Below are positions 24,611-33,397 of a stretch of 33,703 nt of DNA, piece after piece. The DNA is from an uncultured Clostridium sp. (GTDB lineage: Bacteria; Bacillota; Clostridia; TANB77; CAG-508), in assembly GCA_946498265.1 (NCBI GenBank), contig CAMMNR010000002.1:1-33703 (forward strand), in the 5' to 3' direction. A program made the position numbers and the translations under genes. The notes under the pieces were generated by a model, which saw only the letters and a list, made by a program, of their open reading frames with translations, was not told the origin of the DNA and did no database searches. Numbering within the stretch: position 1 is the stretch's first letter; every line of letters begins with the position of its first letter.

Positions 24611-25423
24611 TTATTGATTTACTATTACTAATACTGTATCTAATTTATTAAAGTCTACTGCTGTTTCTACTAAAGCATATCTATCAGTAATGTTTTGTGT
24701 ATTTTCTACTTTTTGTATAGTACCAACATGTATTCCTTTTGGATAAATTCCTCCTAACCCTGAAGTTTCTATACTATCTCCTTGTATTACATTTGCTTCA
24801 GTTGGTATATACATTGCCTTTAATGTAGTATTATCGTCTAATGTTCCTTTACAAACTATTGTGTCTTTGTCACTCATTGTACAACTAACAGAACTTGCCG
24901 TATCTATAATTGTTTGTATTTTGGCCGTATTTTCTGTAACTGATATAACATGTCCTACTAATCCTTGATCTGCTATTACAGTCATATTTTCTTCTACACC
25001 ATCTTCTTTACCTATATTTATAACTATTGTTTTTGAGTAATTACTTATGTCTTTATTTATTACGTATCCTGGTACTGTTTTATATTCTCCATATTTTTCT
25101 GTTAAATTTAAATATTCTTTTAATGTATTATTTTCTGTTTTTATATTTTCCAATTCTCTTAGAGATTGCTCTAGTTCACTATTTTTTTCCTTTAATTCTT
25201 CATTTTCTTGTTTAAGATTGTTTATATCTGTAAAGAAGGTACTGTTTCCACTTAATTTATTTTTTAAATATGTTAATCCATTTTGAATAGGCATAACTAG
25301 ATTACTTGCCGCATTTTCGAAAAATGATGCATTATTTTCTCCATTTGAAAATATTACTATTAAAATTAATACAATTACAGTTATAATTATTCCTATTATT
25401 CCACTTTTTTTGTTTCTATACAT
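24611..25423 (-). CDS. mreC: Rod shape-determining protein MreC.
   Basis: N-terminal TM helix, coiled-coil region (LKQENEELKEKNSELEQSLRELENIK), and beta-rich C-terminus with GLGGIYPKGIHVG. SD aaggaga. Confidence 0.9.
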   Translation of the reverse strand: MYRNKKSGIIGIIITVIVLILIVIFSNGENNASFFENAASNLVMPIQNGLTYLKNKLSGNSTFFTDINNLKQENEELKEKNSELEQSLRELENIKTENNTLKEYLNLTEKYGEYKTVPGYVINKDISNYSKTIVINIGKEDGVEENMTVIADQGLVGHVISVTENTAKIQTIIDTASSVSCTMSDKDTIVCKGTLDDNTTLKAMYIPTEANVIQGDSIETSGLGGIYPKGIHVGTIQKVENTQNITDRYALVETAVDFNKLDTVLVIVNQ

Positions 25424-25436
25424 TTTTTCTCCTTAA

Positions 25437-26468
25437 TTATCTTCTTTTTCTTGCATTAATTAAAACTGTTTTTAATCTTTCTAGATCTTCTAATGTTTTT
25501 CCTGTTCCTCTTACTACACAATCTAAAGGTTCTTCAGCAACATATACAGGCATCCCTGTTTCTATGCTTATTAATTTATCAAGATTTTTAATCAATGCTC
25601 CTCCTCCTGCTAGAACAATTCCTTTTTCCATTATATCTGAAGCTAATTCAGGTGGAGTTTTTTCTAATGTCACTTTTACAATATCTACAATCTTTGTTAT
25701 AGATTCTTTTATTGCTTCTTCTACTTGAACAGATGTAATTTGAACATTTCTAGGTAGTCCATCTACTAAGTCTCTTCCTCTTATTTCCATGGACATTTCT
25801 GTCATTAATGGCATTGCACAACCTATTTGAATTTTTATCTGCTCTGCTGTTGTATCACCTATTGCTAAATTCATTTCTCTTTTTACATAATTTACAATGT
25901 CTTGGTCTAATTCATCACCGGCAACTCTTAGGGAATGACTAATTACAATCCCTCCTAAAGATATTACAGCAACTTCTGTTGTACCCCCACCAATATCAAC
26001 AATTATACTTCCACTTGGTTCTGCAACATCTAGAGATGCTCCTATAGCAGCTGCCATTGGCTCTTCTATTAAATATACTTCTTTTGCCCCTGCTTGCAAA
26101 ACAGATTCTTCGACTGCTCTTTCTTCTACTTCTGTAATTCCTGAAGGTACTCCCACAACTACTCTAGGTCTTCCTATATTATACCTTTTTCCAACTTTTC
26201 CAATTATATTTTTTAACATTAATTGTGTTGCTGTAAAATCTGCTATAACACCATCTTTTAAAGGTCTAACCGCCTTTATTTGATCTGGTGTTCTTCCTAG
26301 CATTTCTTTTGCTTCAGTCCCTGTTGCCATAATATTTCCAGTTTTTCTATTTATTGCCACTACTGATGGCTCTTTTAGAACTATCCCTTTTCCTTTTACA
26401 GTAACTAATAAATTTGCTGTACCTAAATCAATACCTATGTCTTTTGATCCAAATGTAAAAAATTTCAT
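25437..26468 (-). CDS. mreB: Rod shape-determining actin homologue MreB.
   Basis: DIGIDLGTANLLV phosphate-1 motif, IVDIGGGTTEVAVISLGG, and GIVLAGGGALIKNLDKLI. Confidence 0.95.
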   Translation of the reverse strand: MKFFTFGSKDIGIDLGTANLLVTVKGKGIVLKEPSVVAINRKTGNIMATGTEAKEMLGRTPDQIKAVRPLKDGVIADFTATQLMLKNIIGKVGKRYNIGRPRVVVGVPSGITEVEERAVEESVLQAGAKEVYLIEEPMAAAIGASLDVAEPSGSIIVDIGGGTTEVAVISLGGIVISHSLRVAGDELDQDIVNYVKREMNLAIGDTTAEQIKIQIGCAMPLMTEMSMEIRGRDLVDGLPRNVQITSVQVEEAIKESITKIVDIVKVTLEKTPPELASDIMEKGIVLAGGGALIKNLDKLISIETGMPVYVAEEPLDCVVRGTGKTLEDLERLKTVLINARKRR

Positions 26469-26492
26469 CTTATCTTTTCCTTTCCTTTTAAA

Positions 26493-27212
26493 TTATTTAA
26501 CATCCTTTATTTGGTTTTTATCAGATATCATTTCTGAAAAAATACTGGTAAATTTCATATCTCCTATCACTATATGGTCTAAAAGTTGAATTCCTAATAT
26601 CTGTGCTGCATCATATAGTCTATTAGTGATTGTAATATCTGAATTACTAGGTGTACAATCGCCTGTAGGATGATTATGTACTAAAATTATTTTTGGTGCC
26701 TTCATTTTTATTGGTTCAGACAAAATATCTTTCATCCCTATCTCTGCATAATTTGTACCACCAATTGCTATATCTTGTATTTTTAATATTTCATTTTTTT
26801 CATTTAATATTACTATTTTTGCAATTTCTTTTTTCTCAAATCTTAATTCATTCATTAATATTTTTGCTAAATCATATGGTTGTCTTACTTTTATTTTCTT
26901 ATAATTATTAGGTCTAGACATCCTTATCGCTAACTCACATACTGCCTTTAATTGTATTGCTTTTACTTTTCCAATTCCTTTTATTTTTATTAATTCTTCT
27001 ATTGTTACATTCCTTAAAAAGTTTAGTTCATCTATGCTTTCATTATTCATACTTAATATTTTTTGTGCTATTTGTACAGAATTTTCAGTTCTGGTTCCTG
27101 TCTTTATTATAATTGCCAATAATTCTGCATTTGATAAGTTTTTTTCTCCATATAATTCTAATTTCTCATATGGTCTTTCTAACTCTGGTAATTCTTTCAT
27201 TTTTAGAGACAA
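26493..27212 (-). CDS. radC: RadC-family JAB/MPN-domain protein.
   Basis: N-terminal HhH-like region (LSNAELLAIIIKTGT, IKGIGKVKAIQL) and JAB motif LVHNHPTGDCTPSNSD. Start is ambiguous: TTG at 27212 or ATG at 27200. Confidence 0.88.
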   Translation of the reverse strand: MSLKMKELPELERPYEKLELYGEKNLSNAELLAIIIKTGTRTENSVQIAQKILSMNNESIDELNFLRNVTIEELIKIKGIGKVKAIQLKAVCELAIRMSRPNNYKKIKVRQPYDLAKILMNELRFEKKEIAKIVILNEKNEILKIQDIAIGGTNYAEIGMKDILSEPIKMKAPKIILVHNHPTGDCTPSNSDITITNRLYDAAQILGIQLLDHIVIGDMKFTSIFSEMISDKNQIKDVK

Positions 27213-27255
27213 ATTTATTCATTCCTTTCTATTTTTATTTGCCCCTAATTTATTT

Positions 27256-27513
27256 TTACAACTTTTTATATATAAATATTGCCAAAGTCATTCCTATTAT
27301 ACTTGCAACACTTATTTTGAATGTTAGTGCAAAACTTAATTTTAAAACTCCTAAATCTAATGGAATTGGATTTTCTAGTCCAAAACTTTGACTGTATGAT
27401 AACCACCATAGCCAATCAACTCTTGATGCTAATTCTCCTAGTAATCCCCCAACTACTAGTCCTGATAAAATAAATATTAATAATATCCATATATTTTTTT
27501 CTTTTGTTGCCAT
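27256..27513 (-). CDS. Small membrane protein resembling the DUF4321 family.
   Basis: MATKEKNIWILLIFILSGLVVGGLLGE...; two hydrophobic segments. Preferred start at 27513 after ggaggt (ORF extends to 27528). Position just upstream of radC-mreB is typical for Clostridia. Confidence 0.6.
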   Translation of the reverse strand: MATKEKNIWILLIFILSGLVVGGLLGELASRVDWLWWLSYSQSFGLENPIPLDLGVLKLSFALTFKISVASIIGMTLAIFIYKKL

Positions 27514-27633
27514 ATTTTTTACCTCCATATTTGTTTCTCTTACGGGTATTTATTTTTTCACATATGTATTATATATTGATTTAACATTTTTTTCAAGTAA
27601 ATTTTGGTATTTTCTTCAATTCAGCAATTAAAA

Positions 27634-27876
27634 AAGTTACTATCTACAGCTCCAAATAAAGCAGTAATATCCTATAATATATGATTTTTCGGCTCAATAC
27701 ACAATTTAAGAAATTCTAAATTAATTTTTTGGCACCCTTTCACTTAGTCCGAGCTAAAGCTCGACGCGAACATTTTCCAAAAAATTAATTAATAATTTCT
27801 AGAATTGTTCCAATCGCATTCAAAATCATATATTATAGGATATTATTGCTTTATTTGGGGCTGTGGATAGTAACTT
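27634..27876. repeat. 243-bp imperfect palindrome (long hairpin) in the divergent intergenic region between the DUF4321 gene and mecA.
   Basis: Outer 55-nt arms match 52/55. A ~12x13-nt internal loop follows, then a second ~32-bp stem (28/32). The apical region is GC-richer and ends in the mini-hairpin cgagct-aa-agctcg, centred at ~27755. Confidence 0.85.
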
Positions 27877-27952
27877 AAAAAATTAGAATTAATCTTTTAA
27901 AGTTGAATTAATTTCCTATTTATGATATATTTAAAAAAGTTTATTATTTTTA

Positions 27953-27981
27953 TTACCAAAAATTGTGCATTTAAATATAAT
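27953..27981 (+). promoter_or_regulatory. Candidate sigma-A promoter for mecA (TTACCA-17 nt-TATAAT).
   Basis: ttacca aaaattgtgcatttaaa tataat, ~50 nt upstream of the mecA ATG. AT-rich context makes this uncertain. Confidence 0.3.
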
Positions 27982-28032
27982 AATATTAGTAGTATAATAT
28001 AATTAGTACCATTTTAGGAGGAATTTCTTTAT

Positions 28033-28668
28033 ATGAAGATTGAAAAGTTAACTGAAAATAAAATTCGTGTTATTATCAATGATGAAGACTTGAAACAAAA
28101 CAACACAGATTTACATACAATTATGACAAAATCATTAGAAAATCAGGGATTATTTTTAAATATATTATCTAAAGCAGAAAAAGAAGTAGGTTTTTATACT
28201 GAAAATTGCAAACTTCTTATTGAAGCTTTTTCTACATCTGATGATATGTTTGTGTTCACCATCACTAAATATAGTGAAAATGATTTTAAAGATGCCTTAC
28301 CAAACAATCCAAAAAAATTAACAGTAAAAAGAAAATCTGTTAATATCAGCAATTCAGATGCTATCTATAAATTCAATGATTTTGAAGAATTTTGCAACTT
28401 TTGTAATTGTATAAATAATAAAAATCAATTTGAAATAAACAAACTTTCAAAACATATTTCTTTATATTTATATAATAATACATATTATTTAATACTTGCA
28501 AATATTAATACAAATTATAAAAACATAAAAATATTTTATAATACAATATCTGAATTTGGAAAATTCGTTTCAAACTCTAATACTTTTAAAACAAAATTAA
28601 TAGAACATGGTAATAGTATTATTAAGAAAAATGCTATTTCTATAGGAATAAAATATTTTTCAGAATAA
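28033..28668 (+). CDS. mecA: Adaptor protein MecA family (ClpC adaptor).
   Basis: N-terminus MKIEKLTENKIRVIINDEDLKQNN...GFYTENCKLLIEAFSTSDDMFVFTITK matches the characteristic MecA N-terminal domain pattern. Strong SD aggagg. Confidence 0.75.
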   Translation: MKIEKLTENKIRVIINDEDLKQNNTDLHTIMTKSLENQGLFLNILSKAEKEVGFYTENCKLLIEAFSTSDDMFVFTITKYSENDFKDALPNNPKKLTVKRKSVNISNSDAIYKFNDFEEFCNFCNCINNKNQFEINKLSKHISLYLYNNTYYLILANINTNYKNIKIFYNTISEFGKFVSNSNTFKTKLIEHGNSIIKKNAISIGIKYFSE

Positions 28669-28778
28669 AATTTTTAGTATCTTTTTTAACTTGTATACGG
28701 AAATATCTTAAATAAGTCTAAAATAAAAATCAATTTCCTATACAATGCAAAAATAACTTATACAAATAAAAATCCGGA

Positions 28779-28813
28779 TTATAAATAATAAAAACCGGAT
28801 TTTTATTTTATAT
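28779..28813. terminator. Bidirectional intrinsic-terminator-like hairpin between the convergent mecA and M23 peptidase genes.
   Basis: aaaatccgg ... ccggatttt: 9-bp stem with an A-run on one side and a T-run on the other. The loop is long (17 nt). Confidence 0.5.
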
Positions 28814-28840
28814 AGAATTTAATTTTTTCTAAAATTTTAA

Positions 28841-29860
28841 TTAATATAAATAATTTTGTGGATTATATGCTACTCCATTTACTCTTATTTCTAAATGTAA
28901 ATGTGGTCCAGTAGAATTTCCTGTTGAGCCAACTGCTGCTATAGTTTGTCCTTGTGATACACTAGCACCAGCTGAAACATATAATTTGCTACAATGTGCA
29001 TAATATGTTTGAACATTGTTTCCATGTGATATTACTATCATATTTCCATAAGATCCTTTATATCCTGAAAAAGTTACTGTTCCTGAAGCTGTTGCTACAA
29101 TTGGAGTTCCTGTTGATGTTGCAATATCTAATCCTGTGTGTGATGATCTTCTAATAGCACTTCCAACTCCAAATTTTGATGTGATAATTCCTGAAACAGG
29201 TCTTATCAAACTAATCCCTAAATTTGCTTTTCCTCCTGATGTTTTACTTGAAGTATTAACAGTCCCTGTCGACTTAGCTTTAGTAGTATTTGAACTTCTC
29301 GTACTTGCAACTGTGACTTTTACTGGCTCTACATATAATTTAGCAATTGCTTCATCAGAAGAGACAAAATCTTTCATTTCTGTTTCATATTTTTCTGCTA
29401 TTGATAAATTATTTATATTTGTACTACCTTTTTCTTTAAGTGTATCTAATACTTTTTGTGCCTCATCGAAACTTGAAATATAATATTTTTCCTCTCCATT
29501 TTCTAATATAGAATAATATCTATAATATTCAATTCCTTGTTCTTTTACTTTATTATATATTTCATCATCATTTGTTACAACATCTTTTTTTAGTAGACAT
29601 AATTCATATTCAGGAAGATTTTCAACCTGAACAAATGCTGTATTATCATTTTCGCCTTCTCCATGTTCTACAAAAGCATTAATCTTGTGTTGTAACTCTG
29701 TTCTATTTTCTGTATATCCTACTTGTTCTCCATTTATATAAACACTATATGTTGGTTTGTATAAAAACGCTATTGCTCCAATTATTAAAAATATTGCAAT
29801 TAATAAAAGAATAAACATTTTTATTCCTTTTTTTGTATGTACCATTAATTTTTTAAACAT
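28841..29860 (-). CDS. M23 (LytM) family metallopeptidase with an N-terminal membrane anchor.
   Basis: HxxxD = HTGLD. C-terminal HxH = HLHLE within GSTGNSTGPHLHLEIRVNG. TM helix MFILLLIAIFLIIGAIAFLY. SD aaaggaga. Confidence 0.88.
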   Translation of the reverse strand: MFKKLMVHTKKGIKMFILLLIAIFLIIGAIAFLYKPTYSVYINGEQVGYTENRTELQHKINAFVEHGEGENDNTAFVQVENLPEYELCLLKKDVVTNDDEIYNKVKEQGIEYYRYYSILENGEEKYYISSFDEAQKVLDTLKEKGSTNINNLSIAEKYETEMKDFVSSDEAIAKLYVEPVKVTVASTRSSNTTKAKSTGTVNTSSKTSGGKANLGISLIRPVSGIITSKFGVGSAIRRSSHTGLDIATSTGTPIVATASGTVTFSGYKGSYGNMIVISHGNNVQTYYAHCSKLYVSAGASVSQGQTIAAVGSTGNSTGPHLHLEIRVNGVAYNPQNYLY

Positions 29861-30001
29861 TACAATATCTCCTTTGTATATGATATTGTAATATTATTGT
29901 AATTTTTTTAAAATTGCAAAGATTATGAATTGCTAATTTCCGTAAGATTTTTTATTTTTTCTTTGTTATTCTTTATTTTTTATGGTTTTTCTTTATTTTA
30001 C

Positions 30002-30267
30002 TTTTTTAGGGGACGTTCCTTCAATCCCGAAAATTAGGGAACAAAGGGACGGACTTTTTTACCATTTTGGGGACGCGTCCAAAAAGGGAATCTTAATTCT
30101 ATAACATTTTTTACTATAAGAACAAAGTATTATATATAAATTTAATAATTACGAATGCGAATGAAAGAATATTATAAATTCCCTTTTTGGACGCGTCCCC
30201 AAAATGGTAAAAAAGTCCGTCCCTTTGCCCCCTAATTTTCGGGATTGAAGGAACGTCCCCTAAAAAA
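30002..30267. repeat. Composite inverted-repeat element: 89-nt GC-rich arms (30002-30090 and 30179-30267) flanking an 88-nt AT-rich core. MITE-like or a giant hairpin.
   Basis: Arms are complementary at 87/89 positions (two adjacent A.C mismatches at 30040/41 vs 30228/29). Each arm carries the palindrome GGACGCGTCC and three CGTCCC motifs. It lies in the divergent region between the M23 peptidase and cotF-like genes. Confidence 0.9.
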
Positions 30268-30331
30268 ATGAATAAAAAATTTAAATTTGTAAAAACTATT
30301 TAAGAATTAAAAAATGAAAGGAAGGATAAAA

Positions 30332-30520
30332 ATGGCAGATCTAAATCAAATGGAATTACAACATTTAAGACACCTAATAGGTGCACACGAAACTGCATAT
30401 CAAAAGTTAAACACTTATTCATCTCAAGCAGTGGATCCACAAATAAAACAGTTATTTACTAAATCAGCTCAAGATGCATTAAATACTAAACAAAAATTGA
30501 TGACTTTTTTGAATAATTAG
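30332..30520 (+). CDS. Small spore-coat-protein-like protein (Coat F-type helical domain).
   Basis: MADLNQMELQHLRHLIGAHETAYQKLNTYSSQAVDPQIKQLF... Preferred start after aaaggaagga (ORF starts at 30314). Paired with a second CotF-like gene. Confidence 0.65.
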   Translation: MADLNQMELQHLRHLIGAHETAYQKLNTYSSQAVDPQIKQLFTKSAQDALNTKQKLMTFLNN

Positions 30521-30551
30521 ACAATAATTAAATAGTAAGGAGGAAAATATA

Positions 30552-30797
30552 ATGGATGAAAAAACTATGGTAAATGATATTTTATCAGGTGTTAAATCTG
30601 ATCTAACAGCTTATCAAACAGCAATTTCTGAATCAGAAAATATGCAATTAAGACAAACTTTTCAACAAATAAGAAATAATGATGAAAGTTTTCAATATGA
30701 GTTATTTAAAATTGCACAATCTAAGGGTTATTATATACCTGCTCAAAAAGCTACTGTAACTGAAATAAATACTGTTAAAACAGAATTATCAAATTAA
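30552..30797 (+). CDS. Spore coat protein F (CotF)-like protein.
   Basis: MDEKTMVNDILSGVKSDLTAYQTAISESENMQLRQTFQQIRNNDESFQYELFKIAQSKGYY matches the Coat F domain pattern. SD aaggagg. Confidence 0.7.
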   Translation: MDEKTMVNDILSGVKSDLTAYQTAISESENMQLRQTFQQIRNNDESFQYELFKIAQSKGYYIPAQKATVTEINTVKTELSN

Positions 30798-30865
30798 ATA
30801 TTAATTATAAATTAATTATAAATTAATTTTTATATCATTAGAAAATATCTAATTTTCTATAACAT

Positions 30866-30904
30866 AAAAAAGATATCTTATCAAAAATGAAAGATATCTT
30901 TTTT
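30866..30904. terminator. Bidirectional intrinsic terminator between the convergent cotF-like gene and pcrA.
   Basis: aaaaaagatatctt / aagatatctttttt: 14-bp stem, 11-nt loop, with flanking A-run and T-run. Confidence 0.6.
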
Positions 30905-30908
30905 CTAA

Positions 30909-33263
30909 TTAAATTATTTCAAGATTTGCGAATTTTGCCATTAGTCTTTTATGTCCTACTTTATCAAAGTTTATATCTACTTTTAAGTCTTCTCCTTCTG
31001 GTTCTACAGAGTTTATTGTTCCTTCTCCAAATTTTTTGTGATATACTCTTATTCCTGCTTCGTATTTACTTAAGTCTACTTGTTGTGTTGATTTTTTTCC
31101 TATATTATTTAAGTTATTTAGAAAACTTTCTGCTGTTCTAAACATAAATCCATTCGAAGTATTTGATTTTTTTGTATTTCCTACTGATGATATTGATGCT
31201 GCTACAGCTGGTTCTTTTTGCGTGTCTATTTTGTATGTTTTTATATTTCCAGAATTTCTACTTCCATATGACCAACTATATGCTGAATCTTCAAACATTC
31301 TATCCTTATTTGTTTTTCCATCACTGTCTCCAAATACATCTTGATATCCTTCTAGTAAATCTTCTGGTATTTCCTTTATAAATCTTGATACTGGATTATA
31401 ACTTGTTGAACCAAATATTGTACGCTGTCTACTGCATGTTAAAAATAAATAATTCTTTGCTCTTGTTATTCCTACATAGCATAAACGTCTTTCTTCTTCT
31501 AATTCTCTTGGCTCTGAAATTGATTTGTACCCAGGGAATATTCCTTCTTCCATTCCTACTAAAAATACTACTGGGAATTCTAGTCCTTTAGCACTATGTA
31601 GTGTCATAAGTGTTACGGATTCTTCGTTTTCTTCCATATTGTCAAGGTCGCTTGATAAAGTTATTCCTTCTAAAAATTCTCTTAACCCGTTTTCTGCAAA
31701 TTCTTCTTCAAATTCCATCGCCACTGTTAAAAATTCTTCTAAGTTTTCTATTCTATTTTCAGCTTCTATGGTGTTCTCATCTTCTAATGCTTTTGTATAT
31801 CCTGTCTTTTTCAATGTTTGTTTGATTAACTCTGATACTGATAAGTCTTCTATCTTACTTTTTAGTTCTTCTATTGTGTTTATAAATTCTCTTGAATTTA
31901 AATATACTCTATTTAGTCCATATTGCTCTGCATCTTTTATTATTTCATACATTGATTTCTCATTTGAAATTGCTAATTGTTCTACTTTGTCTAAACTAGT
32001 TTTCCCTATTCCTCTTTTTGGTTCGTTTATTATTCTTTTTAAACTTAAATTATCTGCATTATTTTGTATTAATCTTAAATATGCAATTATATCTTTTATT
32101 TCTTTTCTTTCATAGAATTTTAATCCACCTACAATTTTGTATGGAATATTTTCTCTTCTGAAAATATCTTCTATTGCTCTTGATTGTGTATTCATTCTAT
32201 ATAAAACTGCAAAATCAGAATATTTATAATATTCTTCTCTTTTTAAATGTTCTATTTGTGAAACTATATATGAACCTTCATCATATTCATTTTCTGCTAG
32301 ATATACTTGTGGTAAGTTCCCTTGTTCGTTTTCTGTCCATAATTCTTTTTTGTATTTTACTTCATTATTCTTTATTACAGCATTTGCTGCTTTTAATATA
32401 TTACCTGTACATCTATAATTTTGCTCTAGTTTTATTATTTTAGTTCCTGGGAAATCTCTTTCAAAATTTAAAATATTTGAAATGTCTGCTCCCCTAAAAG
32501 AATATATTCCTTGATCATTATCTCCAACAACTGTTATATTTCCATTTCTTGATGCAAATAATGTTATCAATGTAAATTGTGATTTATTAGTATCTTGATA
32601 CTCGTCTACTAAAACATATTTAAATTTATTTGAATAATATTCTAATACATCAGGATTTTCCATTAGTACTTTAATAGTATAATTTATAATATCATCAAAA
32701 TCTATTGCATTATTTTCTTTTAATCTTTTCTGATATAATTCATAAACTGTTGCTATTGTTTCTTTTCTAAAATCGCCATTTGCTCTTAAAGTATATTGGT
32801 CTGGCTCTAACATTTCATTTTTAGCATTACTTATTTCTGAAAGAACCGCTCTATCATTAAATAATTTATCATCTATTGCTAGGTCTTTCATACAATTTTT
32901 CACTAATGTTTTTTGGTCTGATGTGTCAAATATAATAAATGATGTATCAAATCCTATTCTATCTATAAATCTCCTTAAAATACGTACACATATTGAGTGA
33001 AATGTACCCATCCATATGTCTTTTGCTGGGTCTCCTACTAATCCAGCTATTCTTTCTTTCATTTCATTTGCTGCTTTATTTGTAAATGTGATTGCTAGAA
33101 TGTCCCATGGTTTAACGTTTTTTTCCCCTATTAAATAAGCTATTTTGTGTGTTAGTACTTTTGTTTTTCCACTTCCAGCCCCTGCTATTACTAAGCATGG
33201 TCCTTCTGTATTTATTACGGCTTCGTATTGTTTGTCATTTAATCCTTTTAATATATCTTGCAT
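30909..33263 (-). CDS. pcrA: ATP-dependent DNA helicase PcrA (UvrD/Rep superfamily 1).
   Basis: Walker A AGAGSGKTKVLT, DEYQDTN, VGDNDQGIYSFRGA, LEQNYRC, TLMTLHSAKGLEFPVVFL, and RRLCYVGITRAK. PcrA-type C-terminal tail GIRVYHKKFGEGTI. Confidence 0.95.
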   Translation of the reverse strand: MQDILKGLNDKQYEAVINTEGPCLVIAGAGSGKTKVLTHKIAYLIGEKNVKPWDILAITFTNKAANEMKERIAGLVGDPAKDIWMGTFHSICVRILRRFIDRIGFDTSFIIFDTSDQKTLVKNCMKDLAIDDKLFNDRAVLSEISNAKNEMLEPDQYTLRANGDFRKETIATVYELYQKRLKENNAIDFDDIINYTIKVLMENPDVLEYYSNKFKYVLVDEYQDTNKSQFTLITLFASRNGNITVVGDNDQGIYSFRGADISNILNFERDFPGTKIIKLEQNYRCTGNILKAANAVIKNNEVKYKKELWTENEQGNLPQVYLAENEYDEGSYIVSQIEHLKREEYYKYSDFAVLYRMNTQSRAIEDIFRRENIPYKIVGGLKFYERKEIKDIIAYLRLIQNNADNLSLKRIINEPKRGIGKTSLDKVEQLAISNEKSMYEIIKDAEQYGLNRVYLNSREFINTIEELKSKIEDLSVSELIKQTLKKTGYTKALEDENTIEAENRIENLEEFLTVAMEFEEEFAENGLREFLEGITLSSDLDNMEENEESVTLMTLHSAKGLEFPVVFLVGMEEGIFPGYKSISEPRELEEERRLCYVGITRAKNYLFLTCSRQRTIFGSTSYNPVSRFIKEIPEDLLEGYQDVFGDSDGKTNKDRMFEDSAYSWSYGSRNSGNIKTYKIDTQKEPAVAASISSVGNTKKSNTSNGFMFRTAESFLNNLNNIGKKSTQQVDLSKYEAGIRVYHKKFGEGTINSVEPEGEDLKVDINFDKVGHKRLMAKFANLEII

Positions 33264-33298
33264 ATTTTGTTCCTTTCTTTATTCAAAACTCTGTTTGT

Positions 33299-33327
33299 AT
33301 TCTACCATATCTTTTTTACGTTTTCAA
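33299..33327 (-). promoter_or_regulatory. Candidate sigma-A promoter of pcrA (TTGAAA-17 nt-TGgTAGAAT, extended -10).
   Basis: Minus strand reads ttgaaa acgtaaaaaagatatgg tagaat. The -10 lies ~35 nt upstream of the pcrA ATG, followed by SD aaagga. Confidence 0.45.
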
Positions 33328-33397
33328 GATTAAATATACATTTTTTAGAAATTATCTTTATGCCAATTACCACTCATGACTAGTAATATTTGATAAC

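Noticed and set aside
28691-28745. Imperfect hairpin ttgtatacggaaat ... atttcctatacaa downstream of mecA.
   Set aside because: It has a 13-bp AT-rich stem with a bulge and a 28-nt loop, so it is weak. The better terminator-like hairpin at 28779-28813 explains the region.
30002-30267. Whether the GC-rich repeats could be a CRISPR array or att sites.
   Set aside because: There are only three arm copies in the window, arranged as inverted rather than direct repeats. The arms are 83-89 nt long, and there are no regularly spaced spacers and no cas genes or integrase.
31525-32115. 196-aa plus-strand ORF and neighbours (30887-31141, 31163-31381, 32174-32443, 33145-33379) overlapping pcrA.
   Set aside because: They are antisense to an unambiguous PcrA helicase gene. 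The S/F/L-rich low-complexity translations carry no motifs.
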